Shown piece after piece: positions 54,801 to 64,000 of a stretch of DNA of 64,000 bases. A model generated the notes under the pieces. It was not told where the DNA came from. It ran no database searches and saw only the letters and a program-made list of their open reading frames with translations. The DNA is taken from contig NC_092344.1 of the NCBI RefSeq assembly GCF_963676685.1, positions 98,642,001 to 98,706,000 on the forward strand, given 5' to 3'. A program made the position numbers and the translations under genes. The number at the start of each line of letters is the position of its first letter. Position 1 is the first letter of the stretch. This DNA is from Mytilus edulis. Taxonomy: Eukaryota.

Positions 54801-57800
54801 TCTATCTATTAATTGATATACATCTTAATAGACTTACAAACTAATGTGATAATTTTCAAGTCTTTGTCATGTTAGCTTTTTGACAGAGACATATAAAAAA
54901 AAAAGCATTGACATTTTTTGTCATAAACTCTACCTGTTATTCTCTTTCACTCTGCTGATAGTTGTTCTAGATTCTTTTAAAATTGTTTGGCTTTTCTTTC
55001 TGTATGTTTTTAATTCTAGTAAGATGATGCAAGTGTACGAAAAGGAATGCTTGAATTAGTAAAGAATTTATAACAATATAACAAATTGTTTGAAATTTTA
55101 AAGCTGAAATAAATTCTTGTTTAACTTGCAAAAGAAGAGGGTATATTTACTATATTAACAGTATTATTCGTAGATATGAAATTCAAATTAAGTAGTTAGC
55201 TAGATTCTTGTGTTTTATTTAGTTAGTATATTATTTGTTAACAGCGTGCTGATACAGAGGTGAGAGTTGACTGCCTGATTTTGTCTCACCTGTAACGAAT
55301 GTTGCAGAATGCATGACATAGGAATGCTTATCCAGCTACAACAGAGTCTTAAAACTATTTTAATGCCCCTACCGTCATGAAACAGTCCAAACTATGTGAA
55401 TCCTGCATCTATATGATATCATATTAACAAGCAAGGGGATATGTGGCCCACAGACACATTTTCCATTTTTTTATCAAACCTCTTGTAAAAGATACCATTT
55501 GAACTGTTTGAAGTTTTCATCTGGCATATTAATGATTTCTTTTATCTCAATTTTCTTATTTCAATGACTTCTTAAAAAAACTCTATATCACATGAATTTC
55601 AGTTTTATAAGTAATAGGACAACTATATCTTGTATATAGAATTATTGCAAGATATACATGTCTGTTCATCTTATGTTGACCTGAGCTAATTTCATAGATC
55701 AGTGATAAGTGTTAAGTCTGGTCTTGGATACTATAAGCAGTATAACTAGGTCAACTATATTTTGTAAATAGAATGAATGAAAGTTGTACATGGTTTGGCT
55801 GGCAGAGTTCATCTTAATTTTACATATTTTTATGGTTCATTGGTTACTGTTGAGTTTTCATGATACAGTCAGTTTCTCAGATATTATAAGCAAAGTTAAA
55901 TTCAATTGTATTTGGTGTATGGAATAGTTGTAATGGTTACATATTTCATCATAATATGACCTCATTTATGTAGTTCATTGATAATGTTTAGTTTGTGTGA
56001 TACCTATAGTTCTATTGATCTTATAGACTTTCAACCTATAACTTAAACATGATTCAGTAAGGCAGATGAGACATTTCACTTGTGCTATAATTTTCACTAT
56101 AATTTTATTTTGTTTGTCACATATTTGAATTGCAAATTATTTGTTACAGTTATTTTTTTTATTTATTGAAGAGTATATATTTAAAGGTAGAGGTACATGT
56201 AGGTAAATCAGTGATCCCTGGGATTTTCTAGGAAATTATTCCTGAACTAGATCATGTGGAACTGTAACTAATTATCAAAATATATTCAAAATTTTGTATT
56301 TGCTAAGATACAGTTGATTCGAAATTGTCAAAAAGTTGAGTAAATGTATGAATTTGATATTCAGACACAGTTCCACCTACTTTAGTTTAATACATATCCA
56401 AGGGATTGCCTATTGAACATACCTCTTACTTTTATCCACAATGACGAGTTACTATGTTTGCATGCAGCATCACATCAATCTAGATTTAGATTGAAAATAT
56501 TACAGTTATAAAATAGAAGTACTGTGAACAAAGCAATTGAAATAAATTGCTGGATTGTCAATATATTAGCAATCTCTGATAAGCAGTAAATTCAAGAGGA
56601 TATAAAGATACTTTCCTATACTTATATATCAATGAAATGAATTATCTCAGCTAAGTACATTTATATTTAAACAGCTTTGAGAAGAGTCAAAGCTGAGGAT
56701 ATGAAAATCATGTTTGAAATAAAATGTAGATTGAAGATTTGTTTTACACAGGTTAAAGAAGATGATTTAAGAAGTTTAATGTTTGGTGATTACATGAACC
56801 CTGATGCAGAGTCTGAGGAGAGAGTGTATGATGAAGTGAAATCTGTAGACTCTATGTACACCATTGTAGAGCAATGTTTAGAAGAGTACAATAATACACA
56901 TAAAAATAGAATGAATCTTGTCATCTTCAGGTCAGAACAATATAATATTATGTTCATAAAATTTTTATTTGTTGTGGAGTAAACAAACATTTTGGTTATT
57001 CATTCAGAAATTAGATGTTTGTGAAAGATTTCAAAATATAGATTTCAAAATAATTTTTTTTTATTGCAGAAAGGTAGATGCCAATATTAAATGTAACTAT
57101 GATCTTATTTAATAGAAAAATAAAGATATAGTTTTGAAATATTTGAACAAAATTTTATGCATTTTAAAGGTTTAAAATTGAGTTATTTATATCAGAATAA
57201 TTATTATACATTTTCCTGAATTTCAAATTAGAAATGATCCATTTCAGATATGTGTTAGAACATTTGTCTCGTATCTGTCGTGTTCTGAGAATCCCAGGAG
57301 GTAATGCCTTGTTAGTAGGCGTAGGAGGAAGTGGTCGTCAATCCTTAACTAGATTAGCAACAGCCATGGCAGGGTACGATCTCTTCCAACCAGAAATCTC
57401 TAAGAACTATGGAAAAGTAGAATGGAGAGAGGACATTAAGGTAAGAATGATGAAGTTGTTGTGGACTAAAATCAATTGAACATTAACACAATATCACAAT
57501 ATAACTGAAATATACATCTATAAATCACCATATGACCTTAAAAAATGGACAACTGCCAATTTTAAATTGCCCCCAGTTTAGACAACTATTGTTTCAACTG
57601 TCAGATATTGAGTTTTCTATCAACATATTAAAATAACAATTTAACTCATTTATTTGTAACTGTGAGCCTTAGTGTTGCAAGTATTAGATACAATAGGTAT
57701 TCAGGTACAAAGCAAAACAGGTTGATATGAATGAGAGTAAATGTGGGGTACACAACAATGATACAGCAACTAAATAATAACCAAATAATATCTAAAGGGA

Positions 57801-60800
57801 AACATGCATATTTCAACAATATATAGATGTCTGAATTAAATTGCAAACTCTTTATCAACATTTAATTGTTCAAATAACATAAAACCATAAAACATTTAGA
57901 TATGACATAAGACATTAAAAAAAATAATCAATTAACTGAACTGTAGATCGTATACCTCTGATGTACAATTGAGTAAACATGACAATAAATGTATTTTACA
58001 GTCAGTATTGAAAGGATGTGGAGCAAGTGGAAAGACAACTGTATTCTTAGTCACAGACACCCAGATCAAAGAGGAATCATTCCTTGAGGACATTGATAAC
58101 TTATTAAACACAGGAGAAGTCCCTAATCTTTTCCCTGCTGATGAGAAGGCAGAAATTATGGAGGTAAGCCACACTTTTGATTAAAATATTTTTACAAAAA
58201 ATTCGCTTATTGTTATTTTTTTTTAAAGAAAAGTTTCTTTATTAAATAATGCTTCAGAGGTTAAAACTGATTTGCTTAATTGATCTTTTTCCTCGTTAAC
58301 ATTTACCTTTCCTTAGCTGTTATATGAACTTGTAATTTAATTTTTCCAGACTGTTAGACCAGTAGCACAAGCTGGAGACAAGATGGCCGACTTCAGTCCA
58401 CTGGCATTGTTTGCCTTCTTTGTCAATCGTATCAGAGAGAATTTACATATTATCATTGCCTTCAGTCCAATTGGAGATGCTTTCCGTAATAGACTAAGGC
58501 AGTTCCCATCTCTGATTAACTGCTGTACTATTGATTGGTTCCAAGTAAGTCAATTTTATTATCCTGTAATATTACTGATAGCTTCATAGCAGATATCCAG
58601 TCATTAACTGCTGTCTAAATGAAAGATCCAGGTGAATGTAAATAAGAGGAGATATATTGTATATGTGAATGAGATAGCAACCTAAACAATGATGGTCTTC
58701 AACAATAGACAAGTTTTTGTACCATATCTCAGGCTCTAAACAACCTTCAGTCTAGACAAGGTGTCTTATATCCTAGGATATTTTCATTAGTCCTGTAACC
58801 CTAAAAGGCCCACAGGAAATGTTTGTTTAATTGAAGAAAACAATTCACTTCAATGATTTCAAACAAACTTCTTTTTTTCAATTTTGATAATTTTCTTGAA
58901 AGAGAAAAAAATGCCACAATTTTATTTGTTTCTGTAATGTTATAAATACAACAGATCTGTGTCATTTAAAAATCGGAAGTTCAAGTTGTCTATGTTATCC
59001 AATACTTCACATTTCTCTTCTTCTTCTTCTTCCGTTAAGGAGTTGTATACTTCCTTAGTAGCTCTTATCTGTCTAAGTCTGTGGCCACCCCTTGTTCTGT
59101 TGTCCCCAGGTGTGTAGTAGATAGCTGGTTGTATCTCCACTAGTTGGTTCTGTATCTTGTAGCATAGTACGAGTCGCTGTTTAATTCGTCTATACTGTAG
59201 TGGATCCCACTGGAGTTGGTCTAATAATCCAGTGACGCACCCTGGGGAAGTGTCTGTGTACTGGTTGTAGACAAATCGTGCTGCTTTACGCTGTACCCGG
59301 TCGATGTCTTTGATCAATGTGGTTTGATGGGGGTCCCACACTGTGGCAGCGTACTCAATCGATGGTCTGATGAGAGCACAATAGGCTGTGTTTTTAACAG
59401 ATGGTTTGCATCGGCCCAGGTTTCTGCGGAGAAAACCGAGGGTCCTGGTTGCTTTTCCTGTGGTGTTAATAATGTGCTTATTCCACTGTAGGTCTTGACT
59501 AATGGTAACTCCAAGGTACTTTCCGCTATCAACAACTTCTAGTTGGTGTCCGTGCAAGGTGTATGTTGTTTGCAGGGTGTTGCGCTTGTTAGATATCCTC
59601 ATGACTGTGCACTTTTCTGGATGGAAACACATCTGCCACTTGTGTTCCCACTCTTCCAGAGCAGTGAGGTCTCTCTGTAGAGTTGCAGCATCATCAGGAT
59701 TTCTAATTTTTCTGTACACCAGGCTATCGTCCGCAAACAACCTTACATCTGAAGATGTACAATCTGGCATGTCGTTGATATATGTCAGGAATAGTAGAGG
59801 GCCTAAGACTGTCCCTTGTGGAACTCCTGATAGTACATCTAAAGGAGATGATGTATGTCCTTCTAGTACAACTGACTGGGTTCTACTGCTTAGGAAGTCC
59901 TTTATCCAGTTCAATGTTGATCCTTTCACCCCGTAGTATGCCAGTTTCAAAAGCAAGCGTTCGTGTGGTACCTTGTCAAAGGCTTTTGAAAAATCCAGTA
60001 AGATGATGTCAGTCTGGTGCCCCTGGTCCATGTTTTTGGCAATCTGGTTTAGTGTTACCACTAACTGGGTCTCACATGAACGTCGACTTCTGAAACCATG
60101 TTGTTCGTCGCATAGAATGTTATGTCGATCAAAGTGATCCATGACTGTACTATGTATAATGTGCTCTAGCAGTTTGCATGCTATGGATGTTAATGACACA
60201 GGCCTGTAATTAGAGGGTTGGTGTTTCTCTCCTTTCTTGAAGATTGGCACGATGTTTGCCTTCCGCCATTCGTCTGGAATCTTACCCTCGTCCAGGGAAC
60301 GCTGGAACATCCGGGTAAGATAAGGAGCTAGTGATTCAGCTGCCTGTTTGAGAATGTTTGCTGGAACTTCATCAGGGCCTGTTGCTTTGAATGGTCGTAG
60401 TCCCTTTAATAGTTTGTAGACACCTCTTTCATGGATGACGATATTGTCCATGGTTGGATGTGGACTTGTGCCTAGGTCAGGTAGCGTACTGGTATCTTCT
60501 TTGGTGTACACTGACTGGAATTGCTGGTTCAGTATAGATGCCTTAGTATCTGTGTCACTATGTAGGAAGCCATCTTTTGACTTCAAGGTCACAATCTGGG
60601 ATGCATCTTGTTTCCGGCTCTTCACATATGACCAGAATCTTTTAGGGTTTTTCTGCAAGTCGTCGCTTACTATATCTTCCATGTAGTTACTGTGTGCTTG
60701 TCTAGCCTCCTTCTGTAGTTGTGATTTCAGAAATTTATATTTCTTTATGTCTCTTGTTTTCCCACTGCTTTTGGCAAGGGTATAAGCCCTCTGCTTTTTG

Positions 60801-63800
60801 TTACTGAGTCGTCTAAGCTCTGAGTTCATCCATGGGTGGGAATGTTTTGTTAAGGTGTTCCTGGTTGGTACATGTTGGTTGATGGCATCTAAAATCAAGC
60901 CTTTTATGTTGGTCCAAAGACTGTTGACATCCTCAAAATCTGTGTTTTTAAAGATGTTGTATTTTTCTTTGAGGTGTTGATTAATCATGGCGATGTTAGC
61001 TTTTTTCCATAGATATATTTTTCTCTTTTGCTGTTTGGGTTTTTGTAAGCCGTGTGAAAAGTCTAGAAGAACAATATCATGGTCACTGTTCCCGAGAGGT
61101 GGTATGGTTTTACATCTATTGAGTTGGCCTGGATGGGATGTAAAAAGCACATCTAAGGTGTTATCTCCCCTGGTTGGTTTGTCTACCAACTGTTGTATGT
61201 TCAGGTTGGCTGCCATTTCAAGAAATGCATTGTTAATATCTCTTGATGTTTGAGTACCCTGTATTGTGTAGTTTTTCCAGTCAATGTCTGGTAAGTTGAA
61301 GTCTCCACCAAGGATGAAAATACTACTTTTGTGTTTTTTGCGTAGATCAGTGATGTCTTGTATTGCATTGTTTGCAGTCTGTTGATCAAGCCTATTTGGT
61401 GGTCTATATAAGCAGGTTATTATGGCTTTCTTTTTCTGGTTTATGATGATGCTCCCAGATATGAGTTCTGTGTCTTTCCCTGACTTAAGATGACTAAGTC
61501 CAAGTGTTGTCTTTGCTGCTATGAGGACTCCTCCATGGGCGTCTGTTTTCCTGTCCCTGCGTATGACATCGTAACCAAGTTCTGGGGGGAAAATTTCACT
61601 TGTGTTGATTTTGTCGCATAACCAAGTTTCAGTTCCTAAGATGATATCTGGACGAGCGGACTCCAGCATAACCTGGAGATCATTTCTTTTATTCTTTACG
61701 CTTTGAAAATTGATAAGCAGTACTCGGAGTTGCTTCTGTGACTTTTTGTTGGATTGTTGCTGGCTTTTAGTATGGGTGTCTGAGCGTTTTGGTGATGATG
61801 ATGCTATAGGGTCACCTATACTAGTGTCAATTTCAGATGATAAATTTAAATCAGTTTTGCTCACTTCTGATGTACATGATGATAATACTGAGTAGGTGTT
61901 GCTATCAGCTGAATCAATCAGATCATAGAGAACAGTTGAGTGGTTAGGAGCGTTACATACTACGCAATACCATGAAGCTGATATATTTGCAAGGCTTGAA
62001 TATTCCTTCGAGTCAATGCCTGTACAAGGTGCGTGGTACCAATTATTGCATTCATCACATGCAAGAGCTTTTTGTCCCCACAGACAAGCTTTGTCGCATA
62101 TGGCACACAGGTATTTTGGAGTTCTTGGGCCTGGGTTTCTTTCAATACCACCTATTAATAATAACAGTTTTATATATGCAGAGTTCTTATCTTTAAGTAA
62201 CTTCTCGTTACTCCTGTAATTAGCTGTGATTTTAATCCAGTGATATAAACATGTGTCTGTTGATATAGTTGTTACAGGAATCAGAGAGATTGAGTATTCT
62301 CTGGACGTATATCTAGTTGTTTGTATATGTAAGGGGCTATGGTGTGTTTGTCTTACCGTCGTAGCCAGGTAGAAATAGATGACTGTGAACCACACTGACA
62401 TTGTTTATGTTTTGAACTAAACCGGAAGTGGTATTCGTGATGAGTTTTCGATCTGTTTGAGTTTCGAATCAAAATTGAAAAAAGTTCATTTTCCTCCTGG
62501 TGGTCCTGGGGTAAGTATTTACAGATGATTGTGTTGTGAGATGATATGTGACACTTATCTGATCGTGGAAATGTACCAAAGATTGTAATAAATAAGTGTT
62601 TTAGGTAAAAATTTCTATATGCATATCTATGTTGATTATTTTTTAGTACAGTTTCATAAGATGTCATTTTCTATGCTTATCTTTTAACAGACTTGGCCAG
62701 ATGATGCATTAGAGAGAGTAGCCAATAAATTCTTGGAGAATACAGAACTTTCTGACCACGACAGGAAGGAATCCGTCATGATTGTCAAGCACTTCCATCA
62801 GAGCACCATTAATCTGTCAACAAAGTTCTTAAATCAGTTAGGCAGACATAATTATGTTACACCAACATCTTACTTAGAGTTGATCAACTCGTTCAAAAAC
62901 TTACTACAAAGTAAACAGGATGAGATATCTAAAGCCAAACGTAGATATGTGGTTGGTCTAGAGAAATTGGCCTTTGCTGCTTCACAGGTATTTTGGTTTT
63001 TTTTGGCAAATAGAAAATCTTTCACAAGAAATTTTGTTTGTTTGAAGATGTAGATTTTTTTTTAAATATTGTTATCTATTCCTGAAACTGCATTTTGATA
63101 TAATACCTACTTAATTAAGCTTTGGTTATTGTTCTTTAGTTTGACCATGGTATCAGATAATTGTCAAAACAACCCCCCTTTTTGGGAGGACCCATATATT
63201 TGAGTTATCAGCTGTTCTGATACTTGTTTGTTTGGTCATTACTAGGTGGCAGACATGCAGAAAGAACTGGAAGAACTCCAGCCACAGCTGGTCATCTCAG
63301 CAGAGGAAAACTCTAAGATGATGGTCATTATAGAGAAGGAGTCCGGTGAAGTAGAGGCTACAAGTAAAATAGTCAAAGCTGATGAAGCTGTAGCTAATGT
63401 ACAGGCTGCAGAGGCTCAGGCTCTGAAAGATGAATGTGAGGCAGAACTTGCAGAGGCTATTCCTGCTCTAGAGGCTGCTCTCGCTGCACTGGATACCTTA
63501 AAGGTATTAAATCTATTGTGTCATTATGGTGCTTCTTTTGAAATCAGAAAATACATGGTTTGGAAAATTTAATTTCAAGTATCTTAACTCATCACATTAA
63601 TTGTATCACCTATTTTTATTTGCATATAAAAAAAAATCAGTGAAAAGTATGTTTACTGGTAAAGAAAAAAATTTTTTTTTTGTAAAAGCATGATGCTTTT
63701 CAATTATATTAACACAAAATTCCTCTGATATCAATTTTTAGGTAAAATATGGTCTTCTTTAACTGTTGCATGAACTCTGTGTAAGAAATTAAGGTGTATT

Positions 63801-64000
63801 CCATGAACAAAAAAAATTTTGTGGAAAATTTACTTTGTCCAATGAATACAATATGACACATGTGCTAATTCTGTTTTTTGCCAATAGCCTGCTGATATTG
63901 TTATTGTGAAGTCCATGAAGAATCCACCTTCTGGTGTCAAACTTGTCATGTCTGCTGTGTGTGTCATGAAGGACATCAAACCAGATAAAATAAATGACCC
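20094..64000 (+). CDS. DNAH12: Axonemal inner-arm dynein heavy chain, DNAH12-like; 3'-incomplete (continues past the window)
   Basis: In-phase GT-AG exons: 20094-20332, 20828-20918, 21544-21570 (or 21687-21713), 24617-24806, 25407-25482, 26990-27148, 27391-27474, 27900-28011, 34219-34564, 35023-35114, 35524-35702, 35983-36244, 36844-37050, 37423-37544, 38045-38324, 39158-39343, 39766-39966, 40465-40659, 41165-41569, 42202-42478, 42879-43204, 43433-43525, 43799-44191, 44687-44916, 45541-45949, 46322-46507, 48096-48221, 48776-48967, 49331-49476, 50954-51092, 51605-51771, 52353-52545, 52969-53174, 53605-53679, 54048-54138, 56752-56930, 57248-57440, 58002-58163, 58350-58544, 62691-62987, 63246-63503, 63888->64000. 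Four P-loops ([32 protein letters not shown]), linker [21 protein letters not shown], stalk coiled coil. The N-terminus ([46 protein letters not shown]) matches DNAH12 as I recall it rather than DNAH3/7. Confidence 0.92.
21544..21570 (+). CDS. DNAH12: Dynein microexon A (27 nt, MMSNDRKIR)
   Basis: tattcaccag|ATGATGAGCAATGATCGTAAAATTAGG|gtatgt; phase 0-0, fits between exons ending at 20918 and starting at 24617. Confidence 0.8.
21687..21713 (+). CDS. DNAH12: Dynein microexon B (27 nt, MMGKDRRIR), paralogous alternative to A
   Basis: tttacattag|ATGATGGGGAAGGATCGTAGAATCAGG|gtatgt; same length and phase as A, 6/9 aa identical. Confidence 0.75.
22152..22294. repeat. Fragment of a dispersed repeat (SINE/retroelement-end-like)
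   Basis: A GC-richer block aagaagatgtggtatgattgccaatgag...ggccttcaacaatgagc; a degenerate relative appears at ~58643-58740. Recognised only as a bivalve-type repeat. Confidence 0.4.
24856..25163 (+). repeat. Minisatellite, 4 x 77 bp (ABAB dimer)
   Basis: Units start at 24856, 24933, 25010, 25087. Confidence 0.9.
28435..34058 (+). mobile_element. HINE-like element with ~500-bp tandem units, split by an internal DNA transposon
   Basis: Subterminal IR GCTCACCTG / CAGGTGAGC; (GTC)n microsatellite; unit marker cttctcctctgaaactactgaatgg at 28531, 32772, 33272, ~33771; ends ...ctcttgtt. Confidence 0.75.
28573..32309. mobile_element. Non-autonomous TTAA-specific DNA transposon (Kolobok-like), 3.7 kb
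   Basis: TTAA TSD at 28569-28572 and 32310-32313. ~22-bp TIR GGTCAAG(G/T)A(T/A)CAGTAAAT(A/G)AAC. Removing it restores the host repeat unit. No transposase ORF. Confidence 0.75.
34597..34798. mobile_element. ~200-bp MITE (TA-flanked, Tc1/mariner-like)
   Basis: TIR ta(t/c)tgtaaattcagaaattattg / caataatttctgaatttacagta. Confidence 0.7.
36790..36826. repeat. (TA)18 microsatellite
   Basis: Direct reading; ends 17 nt before the exon at 36844. Confidence 0.95.
38599..39029. mobile_element. PIF/Harbinger (Tourist)-like MITE
   Basis: TIR GGCCAAAAAAAAATATATGT.TGTTTCCTG at both ends; TAA TSD at 38596-38598 and 39030-39032. Confidence 0.8.
40890..41085. mobile_element. Truncated MITE-like repeat
   Basis: Starts tactgtggattcattttt-attcgttggatatcaattt, with a partial inverted match aaaattggtacccacgaaaat at the right end and repeated ccacgaa motifs. 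Confidence 0.5.
44541..44708 (+). repeat. 3 x 56-bp perfect tandem repeat spanning an intron-exon junction
   Basis: Units start at 44541, 44597, 44653; each contains ttctattttcag|TTATTAAGATCCATCATTGATG. Confidence 0.95.
47260..47907. mobile_element. Non-autonomous DNA element ending in a long palindrome (47763-47904)
   Basis: Perfect 21-bp IR TGAATATCCAAAATTGTCAAC / GTTGACAATTTTGGATATTCA with additional inner and outer stems; same architecture as 15042-15667. Confidence 0.55.
49622..50544 (+). mobile_element. HINE-like element with ~5 x ~160-bp tandem units
   Basis: Subterminal IR AACCGGATTT / AAATCCGGTT; (GGGC)n microsatellite; units near 49710, 49862, 50023, 50185, 50350; 3' hairpin GCTGTC..GACAGC then ctcttgtt. 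Confidence 0.75.
55245..55259 (+). CDS. DNAH12: Candidate alternative 15-nt dynein microexon (RADTE)
   Basis: tatttgttaacag|CGTGCTGATACAGAG|gtgaga; phase 0-0 within the phase-0 intron 54139-56751, frame-preserving. Confidence 0.45.
58940..62401 (-). CDS. Non-LTR retrotransposon polyprotein: leader, 2A-like motif, PHD finger, APE endonuclease, reverse transcriptase
   Basis: 1153-aa uninterrupted ORF. PHD finger: CAICDKAC...[12 protein letters not shown]...WYCVVC. APE motifs: INFQS, GTETWL, GGDFN, SDH. RT motifs: [42 protein letters not shown]. The last ~30 codons come from the (GAA)n tail and host flank. Confidence 0.93.
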   Translation of the reverse strand: MSVWFTVIYFYLATTVRQTHHSPLHIQTTRYTSREYSISLIPVTTISTDTCLYHWIKITANYRSNEKLLKDKNSAYIKLLLLIGGIERNPGPRTPKYLCAICDKACLWGQKALACDECNNWYHAPCTGIDSKEYSSLANISASWYCVVCNAPNHSTVLYDLIDSADSNTYSVLSSCTSEVSKTDLNLSSEIDTSIGDPIASSSPKRSDTHTKSQQQSNKKSQKQLRVLLINFQSVKNKRNDLQVMLESARPDIILGTETWLCDKINTSEIFPPELGYDVIRRDRKTDAHGGVLIAAKTTLGLSHLKSGKDTELISGSIIINQKKKAIITCLYRPPNRLDQQTANNAIQDITDLRKKHKSSIFILGGDFNLPDIDWKNYTIQGTQTSRDINNAFLEMAANLNIQQLVDKPTRGDNTLDVLFTSHPGQLNRCKTIPPLGNSDHDIVLLDFSHGLQKPKQQKRKIYLWKKANIAMINQHLKEKYNIFKNTDFEDVNSLWTNIKGLILDAINQHVPTRNTLTKHSHPWMNSELRRLSNKKQRAYTLAKSSGKTRDIKKYKFLKSQLQKEARQAHSNYMEDIVSDDLQKNPKRFWSYVKSRKQDASQIVTLKSKDGFLHSDTDTKASILNQQFQSVYTKEDTSTLPDLGTSPHPTMDNIVIHERGVYKLLKGLRPFKATGPDEVPANILKQAAESLAPYLTRMFQRSLDEGKIPDEWRKANIVPIFKKGEKHQPSNYRPVSLTSIACKLLEHIIHSTVMDHFDRHNILCDEQHGFRSRRSCETQLVVTLNQIAKNMDQGHQTDIILLDFSKAFDKVPHERLLLKLAYYGVKGSTLNWIKDFLSSRTQSVVLEGHTSSPLDVLSGVPQGTVLGPLLFLTYINDMPDCTSSDVRLFADDSLVYRKIRNPDDAATLQRDLTALEEWEHKWQMCFHPEKCTVMRISNKRNTLQTTYTLHGHQLEVVDSGKYLGVTISQDLQWNKHIINTTGKATRTLGFLRRNLGRCKPSVKNTAYCALIRPSIEYAATVWDPHQTTLIKDIDRVQRKAARFVYNQYTDTSPGCVTGLLDQLQWDPLQYRRIKQRLVLCYKIQNQLVEIQPAIYYTPGDNRTRGGHRLRQIRATKEVYNSLTEEEEEEKCEVLDNIDNLNFRFLNDTDLLYL
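59016..62485 (-). mobile_element. CR1-group LINE inserted antisense in dynein intron 58545-62690
   Basis: More GC-rich block containing the APE-RT ORF, with a 3' (GAA)5-6 tail at 59016-59032 and a ~85-nt 5'UTR with ACTTCCGGT. The 5' boundary is approximate and there is no clear TSD. Clade assignment is by motif resemblance only. Confidence 0.85.

Noticed and set aside
59314-62219. Many short ORFs overlapping the LINE ORF
   Set aside because: Alternate-frame or antisense by-products with no motifs.
59005-62495. Target-site duplication for the LINE (cattt.c on both flanks)
   Set aside because: Match is too short and imperfect in AT-rich DNA.

Overview
AT-rich eukaryotic (metazoan) genomic DNA with GT-AG introns. 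The repeat families look bivalve-like, probably a Mytilus-type mussel (inference). Two motile-cilium genes sit head-to-head around a ~300-bp intergenic/5'-exon region at ~18.4-18.7 kb. On the minus strand is a complete IQUB gene (12 coding exons, 15954->8079, ~857 aa). On the plus strand is an axonemal inner-arm dynein heavy chain best matching DNAH12 (ATG 20094, 42 coding exons and ~2,700 codons in the window, running off the right edge in the stalk/microtubule-binding region). Introns and flanks hold many non-autonomous elements: Helentron/HINE-like elements with internal tandem arrays, MITEs and a TTAA-flanked Kolobok-like element. There is also an uninterrupted antisense CR1-group LINE ORF, arranged as hydrophobic leader, 2A-like [14 protein letters not shown] endonuclease, RT. 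The best leads are: tandem-duplicated, probably mutually exclusive 27-nt dynein microexons; a candidate 15-nt microexon whose donor can be hidden in a hairpin; several tandem-duplicated splice sites that create premature-stop decoys; a putative RFX/NF-Y bidirectional ciliary promoter; and the 2A-like recoding signal in the LINE. All exon calls were made by eye from reading frame, phase and splice dinucleotides; no searches were run.
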